From Candidatus Oxydemutatoraceae bacterium (GTDB lineage Bacteria; Pseudomonadota; Gammaproteobacteria; Poriferisulfidales; Oxydemutatoraceae), in the NCBI GenBank assembly GCA_965220085.1, contig CBDCOZ010000003.1, positions 1,982,637-2,046,636 on the forward strand: a stretch of DNA of 64,000 bases. The letters are read 5' to 3'. The position numbers and the translations under genes are program-made. The notes beneath the pieces are model-generated. The model ran no database searches and was not told where the DNA came from. It was given only the letters and a program-made list of their open reading frames with translations. This document shows positions 52,231 to 61,693 of the stretch, one piece after another (positions within the stretch are counted from its first letter, which is position 1; each line of letters begins with the position of its first letter).

Positions 52231-52656
52231 CAACGCTTGTGACGGATGATGCGGAAGGCGAAGCATGCAAGCGCAACTTCAAACTGTGCGTGTGTCAGGA
52301 AGATTTCTGACAACGCTTGTGACGGATGATGCGGAAGGCGAAGCATGCAAGCGCAACTTCAAACTGTGCGTGTGTCAGGAAGATTTCTGACAACGCTTGT
52401 GACGGATGATGCGGAAGGCGAAGCATGCAAGCGCAACTTCAAACTGTGCGTGTGTCAGGAAGATTTCTGACAACGCCCGCGGCGGATGATGCGGAAGGCG
52501 AAGCATGCAAGCGCAACTTCAAACTGTGCGTGTGTCAGGAAGATTTCTGACAACGCCCGCGGCGGATGATGCGGAAGGCGAAGCATGCAAGCGCAACTTC
52601 AAACTGTGCGTGTGTCAGGAGCAGTTCTGACAGCGCCCGCGGCGGATGATGCGGAA
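52180..52656. repeat. Tandem repeat, about 6 x 80 bp, spanning lipoprotein stop / transglycosylase start
   Basis: GCGCAACTTC at 52191, 52271, 52351, 52431, 52511, 52591. Confidence 0.95.
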
Positions 52657-53305
52657 TAGGTCCGCGGACAGTCACGGGCGCGCGCGCGCATCGGGCCGTC
52701 TCTTCGCGCTTATATCGATGGTCGCTTTGGTCGCCGCCGGTTGCGCCCAGCCGCAACCGAGCAATATCGGCGATGCCTGCGGTATGCTCAAAGACAGACA
52801 GTCTTGGTATTCTGCGGCGCTCGATGCGGAACAACGCTGGAGAATTCCGATGACGACGATTCTGGCGTTCATCCATCAGGAGTCGTCTTTTAAGCACGAT
52901 GCCAAGCCGCCGCGGCGCAAGTTGCTCGGCTTTATTCCGTGGTTCCGCGCCTCTTCGGCTTACGGCTATTCGCAAGCGCTCGACCAGAGTTGGCAAGAAT
53001 ACAAGGACGAGACGGGGGGCATCTTGGCCCGCCGCAACAGTTTTGCCGATTCGGCAGACTTCATCGGTTGGTATAACGATAAGACGGCGCGAAGCCTTGG
53101 CATATCGCGCGACGATGCGTACTCGCTCTACCTTGCATACCACGAAGGACGGGGCGGCTATAAACGCAAGACGCATAACAAAAAGAAATGGCTGCTCAAG
53201 GCGGCCGGAAAAGTGAAGCGGAATGCGGCGACCTATGAGCGCCAACTCAAGCAGTGCGGGCATGAACTGACCCGCCCCTGGTATCACTTCTTGCCGTTGC
53301 TGTAG
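52646..53305 (+). CDS. Lytic transglycosylase-like (SLT) lipoprotein
   Basis: Lipobox AAGC, HQESSF, SSAYGYSQALD, YLAYHEG. Confidence 0.8.
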   Translation: MMRNRSADSHGRARASGRLFALISMVALVAAGCAQPQPSNIGDACGMLKDRQSWYSAALDAEQRWRIPMTTILAFIHQESSFKHDAKPPRRKLLGFIPWFRASSAYGYSQALDQSWQEYKDETGGILARRNSFADSADFIGWYNDKTARSLGISRDDAYSLYLAYHEGRGGYKRKTHNKKKWLLKAAGKVKRNAATYERQLKQCGHELTRPWYHFLPLL

Positions 53306-53308
53306 CGC

Positions 53309-53340
53309 GAAGCGGTGGCTATGGGCGGGCTCGAACCACC
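53309..53340 (-). repeat. Duplicate of the tRNA-Met 3' end (matches 53374-53405 with one mismatch)
   Basis: GAAGCGGTGGCTATGGG(C/T)GGGCTCGAACCACC twice, 65 bp apart. Confidence 0.85.
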
Positions 53341-53380
53341 AAGTTGACCGACAAAGCCGCGTGGCTTGCAACGGAAGCGG

Positions 53381-53454
53381 TGGCTATGGGTGGGCTCGAA
53401 CCACCGACCCCGGCATTATGAATGCCGTGCTCTAACCGACTGAGCTACATAGCC
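53381..53454 (-). tRNA. tRNA-Met(CAT), elongator type
   Basis: Reverse complement GGCTATGTAGCTCAGTCGGTTAGAGC...TTCATAA...GGTTCGAGCCC...ATAGCCA. Confidence 0.92.
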
Positions 53455-53521
53455 GCCAAGGCGGTGAATTATACAACACCATCAGAATGCCTCTGCAACA
53501 CGGTGAATGTCTTGTGCTGTT

Positions 53522-54220
53522 TCACTCTATGATTCCCCGCAAAAGATTTTGTTTGCCAAACATCTCTTTCTTAAATAGAACAAACCCATTGCCCAGAGCT
53601 TCAAGCCGGTCTCCCCATTCATCCTCCCAACGTTTATACGGGATGCGTATTTCCCCTCCCTTTGTATATTTCCCGCAAGGGGGGACGGCATAATCCACCT
53701 GAATATATCTGTGCCTGGGGCTGGTGACTCGTTTTGCTTCCGGTCTGGCGGATAACTTCTTAATCTGCAAAGGCAATCTCATGTCTGTGCCTAACTCAAC
53801 GACAATATCCTTGCCCCTGTAGTCGTTATTTACTCCCATCTCCACTTTGCCTTTGCCGCATATCGATTCTGCCACATACGCACCTTGTATCTGTGTCAAA
53901 ATGCTTGCCCATGTTCTATATATTCTTGCCGGCAAGCCGAGATAAAAAGTCTCTTCGCTAAATCGGCAACGTTGCCGCCACTCCTCAAGTTCCGCAGATA
54001 GCGAACTTTTATAGATCTTATAAAAATCCTCATACTGCGGCCAGCCAGTTCTTTTATCCCAATATCGCCCATACAGACACGATAATGCTTGCACCTTCTT
54101 AGGCATATCCGGTTCAACAATTTTTATGTCTTTATACTTTGCCCGTAATGCATCGACATCTATGCTTCCGAGAAAGTTATCGAAGTTTTTTAAATCAGAC
54201 GACACGATGCTTTGATCCAC
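53522..54220 (-). CDS. Putative type II restriction endonuclease (TaqI-family-like)
   Basis: ARIYRTWASILTQ, GKD...LQIKK PD-(D/E)XK-like motif; overlaps the MTase. Confidence 0.65.
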   Translation of the reverse strand: MDQSIVSSDLKNFDNFLGSIDVDALRAKYKDIKIVEPDMPKKVQALSCLYGRYWDKRTGWPQYEDFYKIYKSSLSAELEEWRQRCRFSEETFYLGLPARIYRTWASILTQIQGAYVAESICGKGKVEMGVNNDYRGKDIVVELGTDMRLPLQIKKLSARPEAKRVTSPRHRYIQVDYAVPPCGKYTKGGEIRIPYKRWEDEWGDRLEALGNGFVLFKKEMFGKQNLLRGIIE

Positions 54221-55059
54221 TTGTTGCCAAATTCGGCATATTCGCGGTTTATTTCCGTGGCAAAAAACCTATGCCCTAATTGCTGCGCAACAACACACTC
54301 CGAACCCGAACCGGCAAACGGTATCAATACGCCCTTGCCGTTGGCAACAGACTTGATAAGTCTGCCGGTCAGTTCCATGGGTTTTTGCGTCGGGTGTTTC
54401 AATATGTCGCAGTCCCGATGTTGATTCAGTTCCGACGGCGGATATATTTTGTTGCCGCAGTCACGGCATAGAAACCACCGCTCTTTGCGTCCGGCGCCGC
54501 CCGCTAATGCCGGCACTTTTAACACATCGCGAGGCAGCGCGCCGTTATCATGCCCGTTGTAGACGGTCTTTTTCCCGCGACCGTTAAAACGGCACTTTGT
54601 CTCTTTGCGCTCTTTGCCGATGCACTTCTTATAATTGTCCGTGTACTCCTCTCTTATTTCGTCAACATACAGGGCGGGTCTTTTGTCCTTCCACAAACAA
54701 AGTATGCTTTCGTGGCTTCGTTGCCAAAACTTTGAAGTCGGAACAGCCTTGTTGGTGTAATGCCAAACCAGCCATCGTTGCTTTTCCAGCGGATAATTGA
54801 CCGCGATATGCGCCAGTATCTCGGGGAAACCATACACGTACATAATGCCTTCGCTGCTTAACCGACGCATACATACATCTATCCACTGTTGCGTCCAATC
54901 TATGTAATCCCGCAGGCTTTGTCGGTCGCTGTCATTGCCGAAGTCTTTTCCAATGTTATACGGCGGGTCGGCAATGACGACATCAAACGAGCGACGGCCT
55001 AATAATTTTGACTTTGTAAGAAAGTCCCCGGTATGTATGCGGTTGAACATATCGTTCAT
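54190..55059 (-). CDS. DNA methyltransferase (N4-C/N6-A, beta-class motif order)
   Basis: ADPPYN, HPTQKP, PFAGSGS. Confidence 0.92.
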   Translation of the reverse strand: MNDMFNRIHTGDFLTKSKLLGRRSFDVVIADPPYNIGKDFGNDSDRQSLRDYIDWTQQWIDVCMRRLSSEGIMYVYGFPEILAHIAVNYPLEKQRWLVWHYTNKAVPTSKFWQRSHESILCLWKDKRPALYVDEIREEYTDNYKKCIGKERKETKCRFNGRGKKTVYNGHDNGALPRDVLKVPALAGGAGRKERWFLCRDCGNKIYPPSELNQHRDCDILKHPTQKPMELTGRLIKSVANGKGVLIPFAGSGSECVVAQQLGHRFFATEINREYAEFGNKWIKASCRLI

Positions 55060-55310
55060 TAGGAAACAAGCTCCTTTACGACAACTCTGACGTGCGACGG
55101 ATTTTCATCGGTAAAAAGCGTAGATATTAACTTGGGATGTTTGCACACTGTCACTTCCAAGATTTTCTGTTCATGTGTCCAGTTAGGTACACTCATTATT
55201 TTTAGGGAATTATGTATTTAACTTGACAGAGGCAGATTATGTCAGGCAGGAAACTTGACAAAGATACCAGTACGCTATATACCTATATCTTAATTCGTTG
55301 TTAAACCACT

Positions 55311-56246
55311 TTGGGGATTAGGACTATGAGTAAGAGAAAAGCAGAAATATTAAGCCTATATCAGATTATGGAGCAATACCCGACCGATGAAGCGACCATA
55401 CGATACCTTGAAAGTCTGGCATGGAGTGATAAGCCGGTATGTTCTAAATGCGGATGTGATAACAAAATTACAGAGCAAAAGAAAGCTGGCGATTATTGGT
55501 GCGGTAGCTGTCGTTCATACTTCAATGTATTCACCAATACACCGCTAGAGCGGAATAAAGTAGATGCCAGAAAATGGGTTTATGCTTCCTATACCCTGCT
55601 CACTTCACGCAAAGGGATAAGCAGTCTGCAATTAAGCAAAGAGATTGGAGTGCAACAAAGAACAGCGTGGTATATGCTTCACCGCTTGCGGGTTATATGT
55701 GGCGGGGATATGCAGGCGCTGCATGGGCAAGTAGAGACAGATGAAACTTATATCGGCGGCAAGGAGAAAAACCGCCATCCCAACAAGAAAAAGCGGGCGG
55801 GTCGCGGTGGTGCTGGCAAGACTGCTATACTGGGTATGCGAGAGCGTAAAGGCAGAGTAAAGGCCATGCCAGTAGAGAACACTACAAAGGAAACACTACA
55901 GACCGCCGTACATAAAAATGTCCGCAAGGGTTCTACCCTTTTTACTGATGAAAACCCCTCATACAATGGTGTTGCCAATCGCCACTATGCGGTTAATCAT
56001 TCTGCGAAGGAATATGTAAATGGTATGGCGCACACTAACGGCATAGAATCCGTATGGGCTGTACTCAAGAGAGGTTTTAGCGGTGTGTATCACAACTGGA
56101 GTAAGAAGCATTGCAGGGCTTATGTCAATGAGTTTTCCTTCCGTCTTAACGATGGCAATTGTGAGATAGATACCCAAGACAGATTAAACAGTTTGTTTGC
56201 CGGTATGCACGGCAAGCAGATTACTTATAAGGAATTGACAGGATGA
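55311..56246 (+). CDS. IS1595-family transposase
   Basis: Zn ribbon (CSKC...CGSC), VETDETYIGG, TDE, HTNGIESVW, EFSFR. Confidence 0.93.
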   Translation: MGIRTMSKRKAEILSLYQIMEQYPTDEATIRYLESLAWSDKPVCSKCGCDNKITEQKKAGDYWCGSCRSYFNVFTNTPLERNKVDARKWVYASYTLLTSRKGISSLQLSKEIGVQQRTAWYMLHRLRVICGGDMQALHGQVETDETYIGGKEKNRHPNKKKRAGRGGAGKTAILGMRERKGRVKAMPVENTTKETLQTAVHKNVRKGSTLFTDENPSYNGVANRHYAVNHSAKEYVNGMAHTNGIESVWAVLKRGFSGVYHNWSKKHCRAYVNEFSFRLNDGNCEIDTQDRLNSLFAGMHGKQITYKELTG

Positions 56247-56397
56247 AAACCACCCACAGCATAACTACAGTTTCGGTGAAGGTAGATAATTCAAAAAGGG
56301 TTCCTTTGAAATAGATTTATCGGTGGTGCTATCCTTCCTTTGAGTATGAAATAGACAATGTAGAGCATGACACATCTAATCAGTCAGATATGCAAAT

Positions 56398-56556
56398 ATG
56401 AAACAGAAAGACTTAGACAGAGCGGCTACGGCACTACTTAAAGCAGGGAAACCGCCGAAGGATAAAGATTGCCCGATACCGACAAAAGCAGACTTAAACC
56501 GTAAGTTTGTCATGCGGGTAGACCGTCAAGGCAAACCCACAATTATTGAGAAATAA
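56398..56556 (+). CDS. Small basic passenger ORF (52 aa) inside IS1595
   Basis: Open frame MKQKDLDRAATALLKAGKPP...IIEK ending just before the right TIR. Confidence 0.4.
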   Translation: MKQKDLDRAATALLKAGKPPKDKDCPIPTKADLNRKFVMRVDRQGKPTIIEK

Positions 56557-56814
56557 TACCTCTGTCAAGTTAAATACATAATTCCCTATTTTTAGTATAT
56601 CATTCCCGCACAAGCACTTGATATTCAGACAGTTTTGCTAACAGCATTCCCCCATGAGTTCAAAACCGTTTGCTTGCACACCCGCCCGCACAACGCTTCT
56701 ATTTCGCCCACTCCGGCAGGCTTTGTCGGATGACCCATATAATTTCTGTTCAATTTGCCAATTAGCAGGTACACTTTTCCTTTACATCCAATCATTCCCA
56801 ATTAGGAGGACGAC

Positions 56815-57219
56815 ATGAAAAAAGAAAAGATCATTACGAAGAAAACCATTGCGGCGGCGTTTGCTTCATCGGTGTTGGCGACAACGTTGGTGGCGTCGGA
56901 GGCGATGGCAAAACATCACACCGAAAGGTGTGCCGACATCGTCAAAGGCGGCAAGAACGGTTGTGCGATTAAGCGGCTGGGCACTTCTTGTCACGGTCAC
57001 GCCAGCGAAGACAACACAGTTGGCGCGTGGATAAAAGTTCCGACCGGCACCTGTAACGAGATCGTCGCAATCTGCACCGACAAGGCCAAGCCGCCCAAAG
57101 GGGTTGAAGCAAAGGCTATAGAAAAAGCTTGCGCGAAAGTTGCCGCACAGACCGACCCTGAGATCATGGGCGGGCGTCTGGTCGACAAGTATGGCGAGTC
57201 GTTGGGGAAAAAATACTAA
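56815..57219 (+). CDS. BufA1/DUF2282-like bufferin precursor with C-terminal extension
   Basis: Signal peptide; ERC..IVKGGKNGCA...SCHG...WIKVPTGTC; upstream of a DUF692 gene. Confidence 0.8.
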   Translation: MKKEKIITKKTIAAAFASSVLATTLVASEAMAKHHTERCADIVKGGKNGCAIKRLGTSCHGHASEDNTVGAWIKVPTGTCNEIVAICTDKAKPPKGVEAKAIEKACAKVAAQTDPEIMGGRLVDKYGESLGKKY

Positions 57220-57389
57220 GCCGGACACGCCGCAGAGACTCCGTCGGCGGGGCTTTTTGCCACGATGAAAGCCGGGTCATGGGCGGGTGTCTGGTCGATA
57301 AGTATGGCGAGTCGTTGCCGAAAAAATACTGAGCCGGACACGCCGCAGAGACTCTGCCGGCGGGACTTTTTGCCGCGATGAAAGCCGGG
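57164..57389. repeat. Diverged tandem duplication, 2 x 113 bp, spanning precursor stop / MNIO start
   Basis: CATGGGCGGG at 57165 and 57278; ATGAAAGCCGGG at 57265 and 57378. Confidence 0.88.
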
Positions 57390-59042
57390 CTTGGGATACG
57401 CCCCGAACTGTTTGAGGCCGTCGCAACGCACCGCCCTGCGTTGCATTTTCTGGAGGCGCATTCGGAGAATTATTTCGGTTCTTCGCGCTTGCGTCAGCGC
57501 CTGCGCGAGTTGCGCGAGCGCTATCCGATCTCGCTGCACGGTGTCGGCTTGTCTCTGGGGCGGGCGGATGATCTCGATGCGGGGCATCTTGCGCAGTTGT
57601 GTGATTTGGCAGCCGAGGTGGAGCCGTTGTTCGTTTCCGAACACCTTGCTTGGAGCGCCTACTCGCACCGTCATGTGCCCGATCTGTTGCCGCTGCCGCT
57701 GACGGATGCTTCTTTGTCCGTCATGTGCCGGCATGTCAGTCGGATGCAGGAGGCGCTCGGCAGGCGGATTCTGGTGGAGAATCCGTCCAACTATCTGCTG
57801 TTCGACAAGGCGCAGATTCCCGAGCCGGAGTTTCTCAATGCGTTGGCGTCGCATACGGGGTGCGGGTTGCTGGTCGATGTCAATAACATCTATGTCAGCG
57901 CGACCAACCTCGGACGCGACGCCTGCGCTTACATCGACAGTTTGGACACGGAGCGTATCGAGCAGTTTCATCTGGCCGGACACGCTCCGGCAAAAGATTG
58001 TAGCGAGCCGCTATTGATTGACACCCACAACAAGCCTGTTCACGACAAAGTCTGGGAGTTGTTTGCGCATGCGATTGAGCGGCACGGGGCGCGACCGACC
58101 TTGTTTGAGTGGGACAGCGATTTTCCCGATTTTGCTGCCCTGCTCGGGGAGTGTGAAAAGGCCGACCGGATTTTGCAAGCGCGGGCGGCGACGAGCGCGC
58201 GCCCTTCGCCCGCTAAGCGGCGATTGCCGCGACCAGTCGCTAATGTTGCCATTGTCAACCACATTGAATGTCCCGCCAAGCGGCAATCGCCGCAACCGGC
58301 CGCTAACGGCAACGGGCTCGCTGCTTTGCAGCGCGATTTTCTGGACGCGCTGTTGCTGGCGGATGCGGCGCCGGTCGGGATTCAAGCCGGTCACGAACAG
58401 CGGCTTTCTGTCTATCGCAACAATGTGTTTGTGGCGACGCACCAATACCTTGAAGAGCTTTTTCCGGCGGTGTGCGGCGTTGTCGGCGGGCGGTTCTTTA
58501 AGCAGATGACGCATCGCTATGTTCGGGACTGCCCGCCGGAGCAAGGCGACATCCATTTGTACGGGGCGGATTTTGCGCAGGTCGTCGAGCAGTTTGAAGG
58601 CTTGCGGGACGTGCCGTATCTGTCCGACTTGATCGCGTATGAGTGGGCGCAACATCACGCCTACTTCGCGCCCGTCAAAGAGGCGCTTGATCCCGCGCGT
58701 TTGTCGCGCGAAGAATTATTGTCCCTTCCAATCAGACTACAGGCATGGCTGGTGTGCTCCGAATATCCGATCTATGAAATTCATCGCCAGTCGCTTCCCG
58801 ACTATGCGGGCAAGGTTGACATCAGCCTCGACCAAAGCCGCGATGCAATATTGGTCTATAAGCGCGAGCAGCAAGTGATCTGCCGATGTCTCAATGAAGA
58901 AGAGAAGCAATTTTTCATGCAACTGGAAAAAAGCGACAGCTTGTCGCAGGCCCTCGCCGCACTGCGGGGGCGCTTGCCCGCCGAAGCGTTGTCCGAAGTG
59001 CTGGCATTTGCGTTAGCCGACCAATTGCCGGTGATGCGATAA
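57378..59042 (+). CDS. MNIO (DUF692, BufB-like) fused to a DUF2063 (BufC-like) partner domain
   Basis: LEAHSENY, SLHGVGLSLG, SEHLAW, ENP, DVNN, HLAGH, IDTH, EWD; then RLSVYRNN...LFPAV. Confidence 0.88.
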   Translation: MKAGLGIRPELFEAVATHRPALHFLEAHSENYFGSSRLRQRLRELRERYPISLHGVGLSLGRADDLDAGHLAQLCDLAAEVEPLFVSEHLAWSAYSHRHVPDLLPLPLTDASLSVMCRHVSRMQEALGRRILVENPSNYLLFDKAQIPEPEFLNALASHTGCGLLVDVNNIYVSATNLGRDACAYIDSLDTERIEQFHLAGHAPAKDCSEPLLIDTHNKPVHDKVWELFAHAIERHGARPTLFEWDSDFPDFAALLGECEKADRILQARAATSARPSPAKRRLPRPVANVAIVNHIECPAKRQSPQPAANGNGLAALQRDFLDALLLADAAPVGIQAGHEQRLSVYRNNVFVATHQYLEELFPAVCGVVGGRFFKQMTHRYVRDCPPEQGDIHLYGADFAQVVEQFEGLRDVPYLSDLIAYEWAQHHAYFAPVKEALDPARLSREELLSLPIRLQAWLVCSEYPIYEIHRQSLPDYAGKVDISLDQSRDAILVYKREQQVICRCLNEEEKQFFMQLEKSDSLSQALAALRGRLPAEALSEVLAFALADQLPVMR

Positions 59043-59640
59043 ACTAATGCTTTCAATAATTCAAAACAGAGGCGCAACCGTGAAACAACCCTTTGCCGCT
59101 TTGTCGCAGGCCCTCGCCGCGCTGCGGGGGCGCCTGCCCGCTTCGGGAGGGCGGACATCATGGACAAATGGGCAGGCCCTCGCCGCTGCGGGGGCGCTTG
59201 CCCGCCGAAGCGTTGTCCGAAGTGCTGGCATTTGCGTTAGCCGACCAATTGCCGGTGATGCGATAAACTAATGCTTTCATAATTCAAAACAGAGGCGCAA
59301 CCGTGAAACAACCCTTTGCCGCTTTGTCGCAGGCCCTCGCCGCTGCGGGGGCGCTTGCCCGCCGAAGCGTTGTCCGAAGTGCTGGCATTTGCGTTAGCCG
59401 ACCAATTGCCGGTGATGCGATAAACTAATGCTTTCAATAATTCAAAACAGAGGCGCAACCGTGAAACAACCCTTTGCCGCTTTGTCGCAGGCCCTCGCCG
59501 CACTGCGGGGGCGCTTGCCCGCCGAAGTGTTGTCCGAAGTGCTGGCATTTGCGTTAGCCGACCAATTGCCGGTGATGCGATAAACTAATACTTTCATAAT
59601 TCAAAACAGAGGCGCAACCGTGAAACAACCCTTTACCGCT
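58939..59640. repeat. Tandem repeat, about 4 x 160 bp with indels, spanning MNIO stop / DoxX start
   Basis: GTGAAACAACCC at 59080, 59303, 59461, 59620. Confidence 0.92.
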
Positions 59641-60024
59641 TTATCGACCGACACAATAGAATCCTTGGCAAACTTGATAGCCCGAATCTACATGGGATAT
59701 TTCATATTCTTTGTGTCGGGTCTGGCCAAACTGAATGACTTTGAAGGCACCATCGAACTCTTTGAGGACGATTGGGCGCTTCCCTTCCTGCCCGCGCACG
59801 CGTCCGCATTCTTGGCGATGGTCGGCGAACTCATCTTGCCGATACTGTTAATCTTGGGTTTCTTTACCCGCCTTGCCGCATTCGGTCTGTTGATCATGGC
59901 TGTCGTCATTCAAGTCTGGGCGCTGCAACTCGATGCGCACTATCTGTGGATGATCATTCTGGCCATGCTGTGGGGATACGGCGGCGGAAAATTTTCTCTG
60001 GATAATTGGTTGCTGAAAAACTGA
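59620..60024 (+). CDS. DoxX family membrane protein (BufD-like)
   Basis: FFVSGLAK, ELILPILLILGFFTRLAA, GGGKFSLD. Confidence 0.88.
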   Translation: MKQPFTALSTDTIESLANLIARIYMGYFIFFVSGLAKLNDFEGTIELFEDDWALPFLPAHASAFLAMVGELILPILLILGFFTRLAAFGLLIMAVVIQVWALQLDAHYLWMIILAMLWGYGGGKFSLDNWLLKN

Positions 60025-60959
60025 CGCGCCGATTGCCGCCGGTCTATGTCGGTCGTTACGCGCCCAGCCCGACCGGCCCGTTGCACCTTGGCAACATGCG
60101 AACCGCACTGCTCGCATGGCTTCACGCCCGCCTGCACAAAGGGCAATTCCTGTTACGCATAGAAGACCTTGACACCCCCAGAGTAGTGGCCGGCAGCGCC
60201 GGGCAAATTCTGGCCGACTTGGAATGGCTGGGGATGGATTGGGACGGCGAAGTAGTCTGCCAATCCGCGCGACACGAACTGTATGCACAAGCTCTCTTGG
60301 TATTGAGCGAGAAAGGCCTGACCTACGAATGTTTCTGTTCGCGTCAGGATATCCGGCTCGCCGCCAGCGCTCCGCATAAATCTTCGCCCGCCTACCCCGG
60401 CACTTGCGCCGCCTTGGACGCGGCAACCATAGCAAACAAGCGACTACACAAAAAGCCCGCCATTCGGGTGCGGGTCGGCAATGAAACAACAAGCTTCACT
60501 GATGGCTGCATCGGTGAATACGCCGAGCAGCTCAGCAAAACTTGTGGCGACTTCGTCGTAAGGCGTGCGGATGACTTGTTTGCCTATCAACTGGCCGTAA
60601 TCGTTGATGACCTGCAACAGGGAATTACCGATGTCGTCAGAGGGGAAGACCTGCTGGACAGCAACACCCGACAGATTTATCTGGCCCGGCAACTCGGTGC
60701 CGACAATCGCATCCCGAATTACTGGCATGTACCGCTGATGTACGATGCCAACGGCAAACGCATGAGCAAACGCTACGGCTCACCATCGCTTGCCGAATGG
60801 CGGGCTGACGGCAACACAGCGCAAGCACTCATCGGCTACTTGGCCGCCGATGCGGGATTGCTGCCCGAAGCCATACCGCTGTCCTTAAACGACTTGTTGC
60901 AGAAACTATCCGCAGACGACTGGCGCAATGCTTGCGCGAGTGCAAGCCGCCGGAGTTAG
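60006..60959 (+). CDS. gluQ: Glutamyl-Q tRNA(Asp) synthetase
   Basis: GRYAPSPTGPLHLGN, RIEDLD, CFCSR, YQLAVIVDD, RMSKR; no anticodon-binding domain. Confidence 0.9.
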   Translation: MVAEKLTRRLPPVYVGRYAPSPTGPLHLGNMRTALLAWLHARLHKGQFLLRIEDLDTPRVVAGSAGQILADLEWLGMDWDGEVVCQSARHELYAQALLVLSEKGLTYECFCSRQDIRLAASAPHKSSPAYPGTCAALDAATIANKRLHKKPAIRVRVGNETTSFTDGCIGEYAEQLSKTCGDFVVRRADDLFAYQLAVIVDDLQQGITDVVRGEDLLDSNTRQIYLARQLGADNRIPNYWHVPLMYDANGKRMSKRYGSPSLAEWRADGNTAQALIGYLAADAGLLPEAIPLSLNDLLQKLSADDWRNACASASRRS

Positions 60960-61084
60960 CAAAAGTGGCAGGATATACCCTCTCCTATTCTCATTAGAGA
61001 GCGATACAAACCTAACTATGAGCATGATGGGAGAAGCGGAAGAAGTCCTGTGGGGTTAGTCTCCCCCTTGATACGGAAGTTTAC

Positions 61085-61693
61085 CTAAGGCTCATAATCC
61101 GTCCATTCGTTACCATCCGCAAGACGCGCCAGCACAAACTCGTCAAACGGCATGGCCCCACGCCTGCGGTTGCAATTAGGGCACAGCAACTGCTTGTTGG
61201 AAGCATCGTCAGAACCGCCCGCCTTCTTGGCCCGGATATGGTCAACATCGGGCCGCTTGGGCAACACCGCCAGACAGCCGGGGCAAAACCCCCACTGCTT
61301 GATTCTGTAAGCTTCTATGATACGCTTGTCGCCGCCCCAATCCGGCGTGTCGGCGACCTCCCTGTCACGCTTGGCAAAGGCCTCTTCGGTCAGGCACCAC
61401 CCCTCATGACGACTGTTGGGCTGGTCGCACTTGCCCAGCAACTTGTCCTTGACGAGGGAATGCAACACCCCCCAAACGATGTAGTCGTTGCCCTGCTTGG
61501 TGGCGTAGCCCGCCTCCGCAAAGATGCTAGCCCTGCGCCCTATCTCGGCGCCGCCCAAGCACTCCCCCTGCTTCTTCGCCTGATAGAGCACTTCCAGCAC
61601 GGCCACGCGCAGGTGCGCAACCCCTCTGGCACCGTGCCGTTTCTCAATCGGCGGTGGAGCTTGCAAGGGCCTCCCCCACCCGCCGTCTGGCAA
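61085..61693 (-). CDS. HNH endonuclease with a putative N-terminal winged-helix; start uncertain
   Basis: CPGC...DVDHI...GGSD...NKQLLCPNCNRRR. Confidence 0.8.
   Translation of the reverse strand: MPDGGWGRPLQAPPPIEKRHGARGVAHLRVAVLEVLYQAKKQGECLGGAEIGRRASIFAEAGYATKQGNDYIVWGVLHSLVKDKLLGKCDQPNSRHEGWCLTEEAFAKRDREVADTPDWGGDKRIIEAYRIKQWGFCPGCLAVLPKRPDVDHIRAKKAGGSDDASNKQLLCPNCNRRRGAMPFDEFVLARLADGNEWTDYEP

Larger units (their letters stand above)
55205..56586 (+). mobile_element. IS1595-family insertion sequence (1382 bp)
   Basis: Perfect 28-bp TIR GGGAATTATGTATTTAACTTGACAGAGG; 8-bp target duplication TATTTTTA. Confidence 0.93.

Noticed and set aside
50179-52266. 695-aa minus-strand ORF
   Set aside because: Antisense shadow of proS in GC-rich DNA with no recognisable motifs; the same applies to other long antisense ORFs such as 6713-7960, 39840-40994 and 32812-33831
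52180-52656. CRISPR array
   Set aside because: Units are contiguous near-identical 80-mers with no unique spacers, derive from the flanking genes, and no cas genes are present
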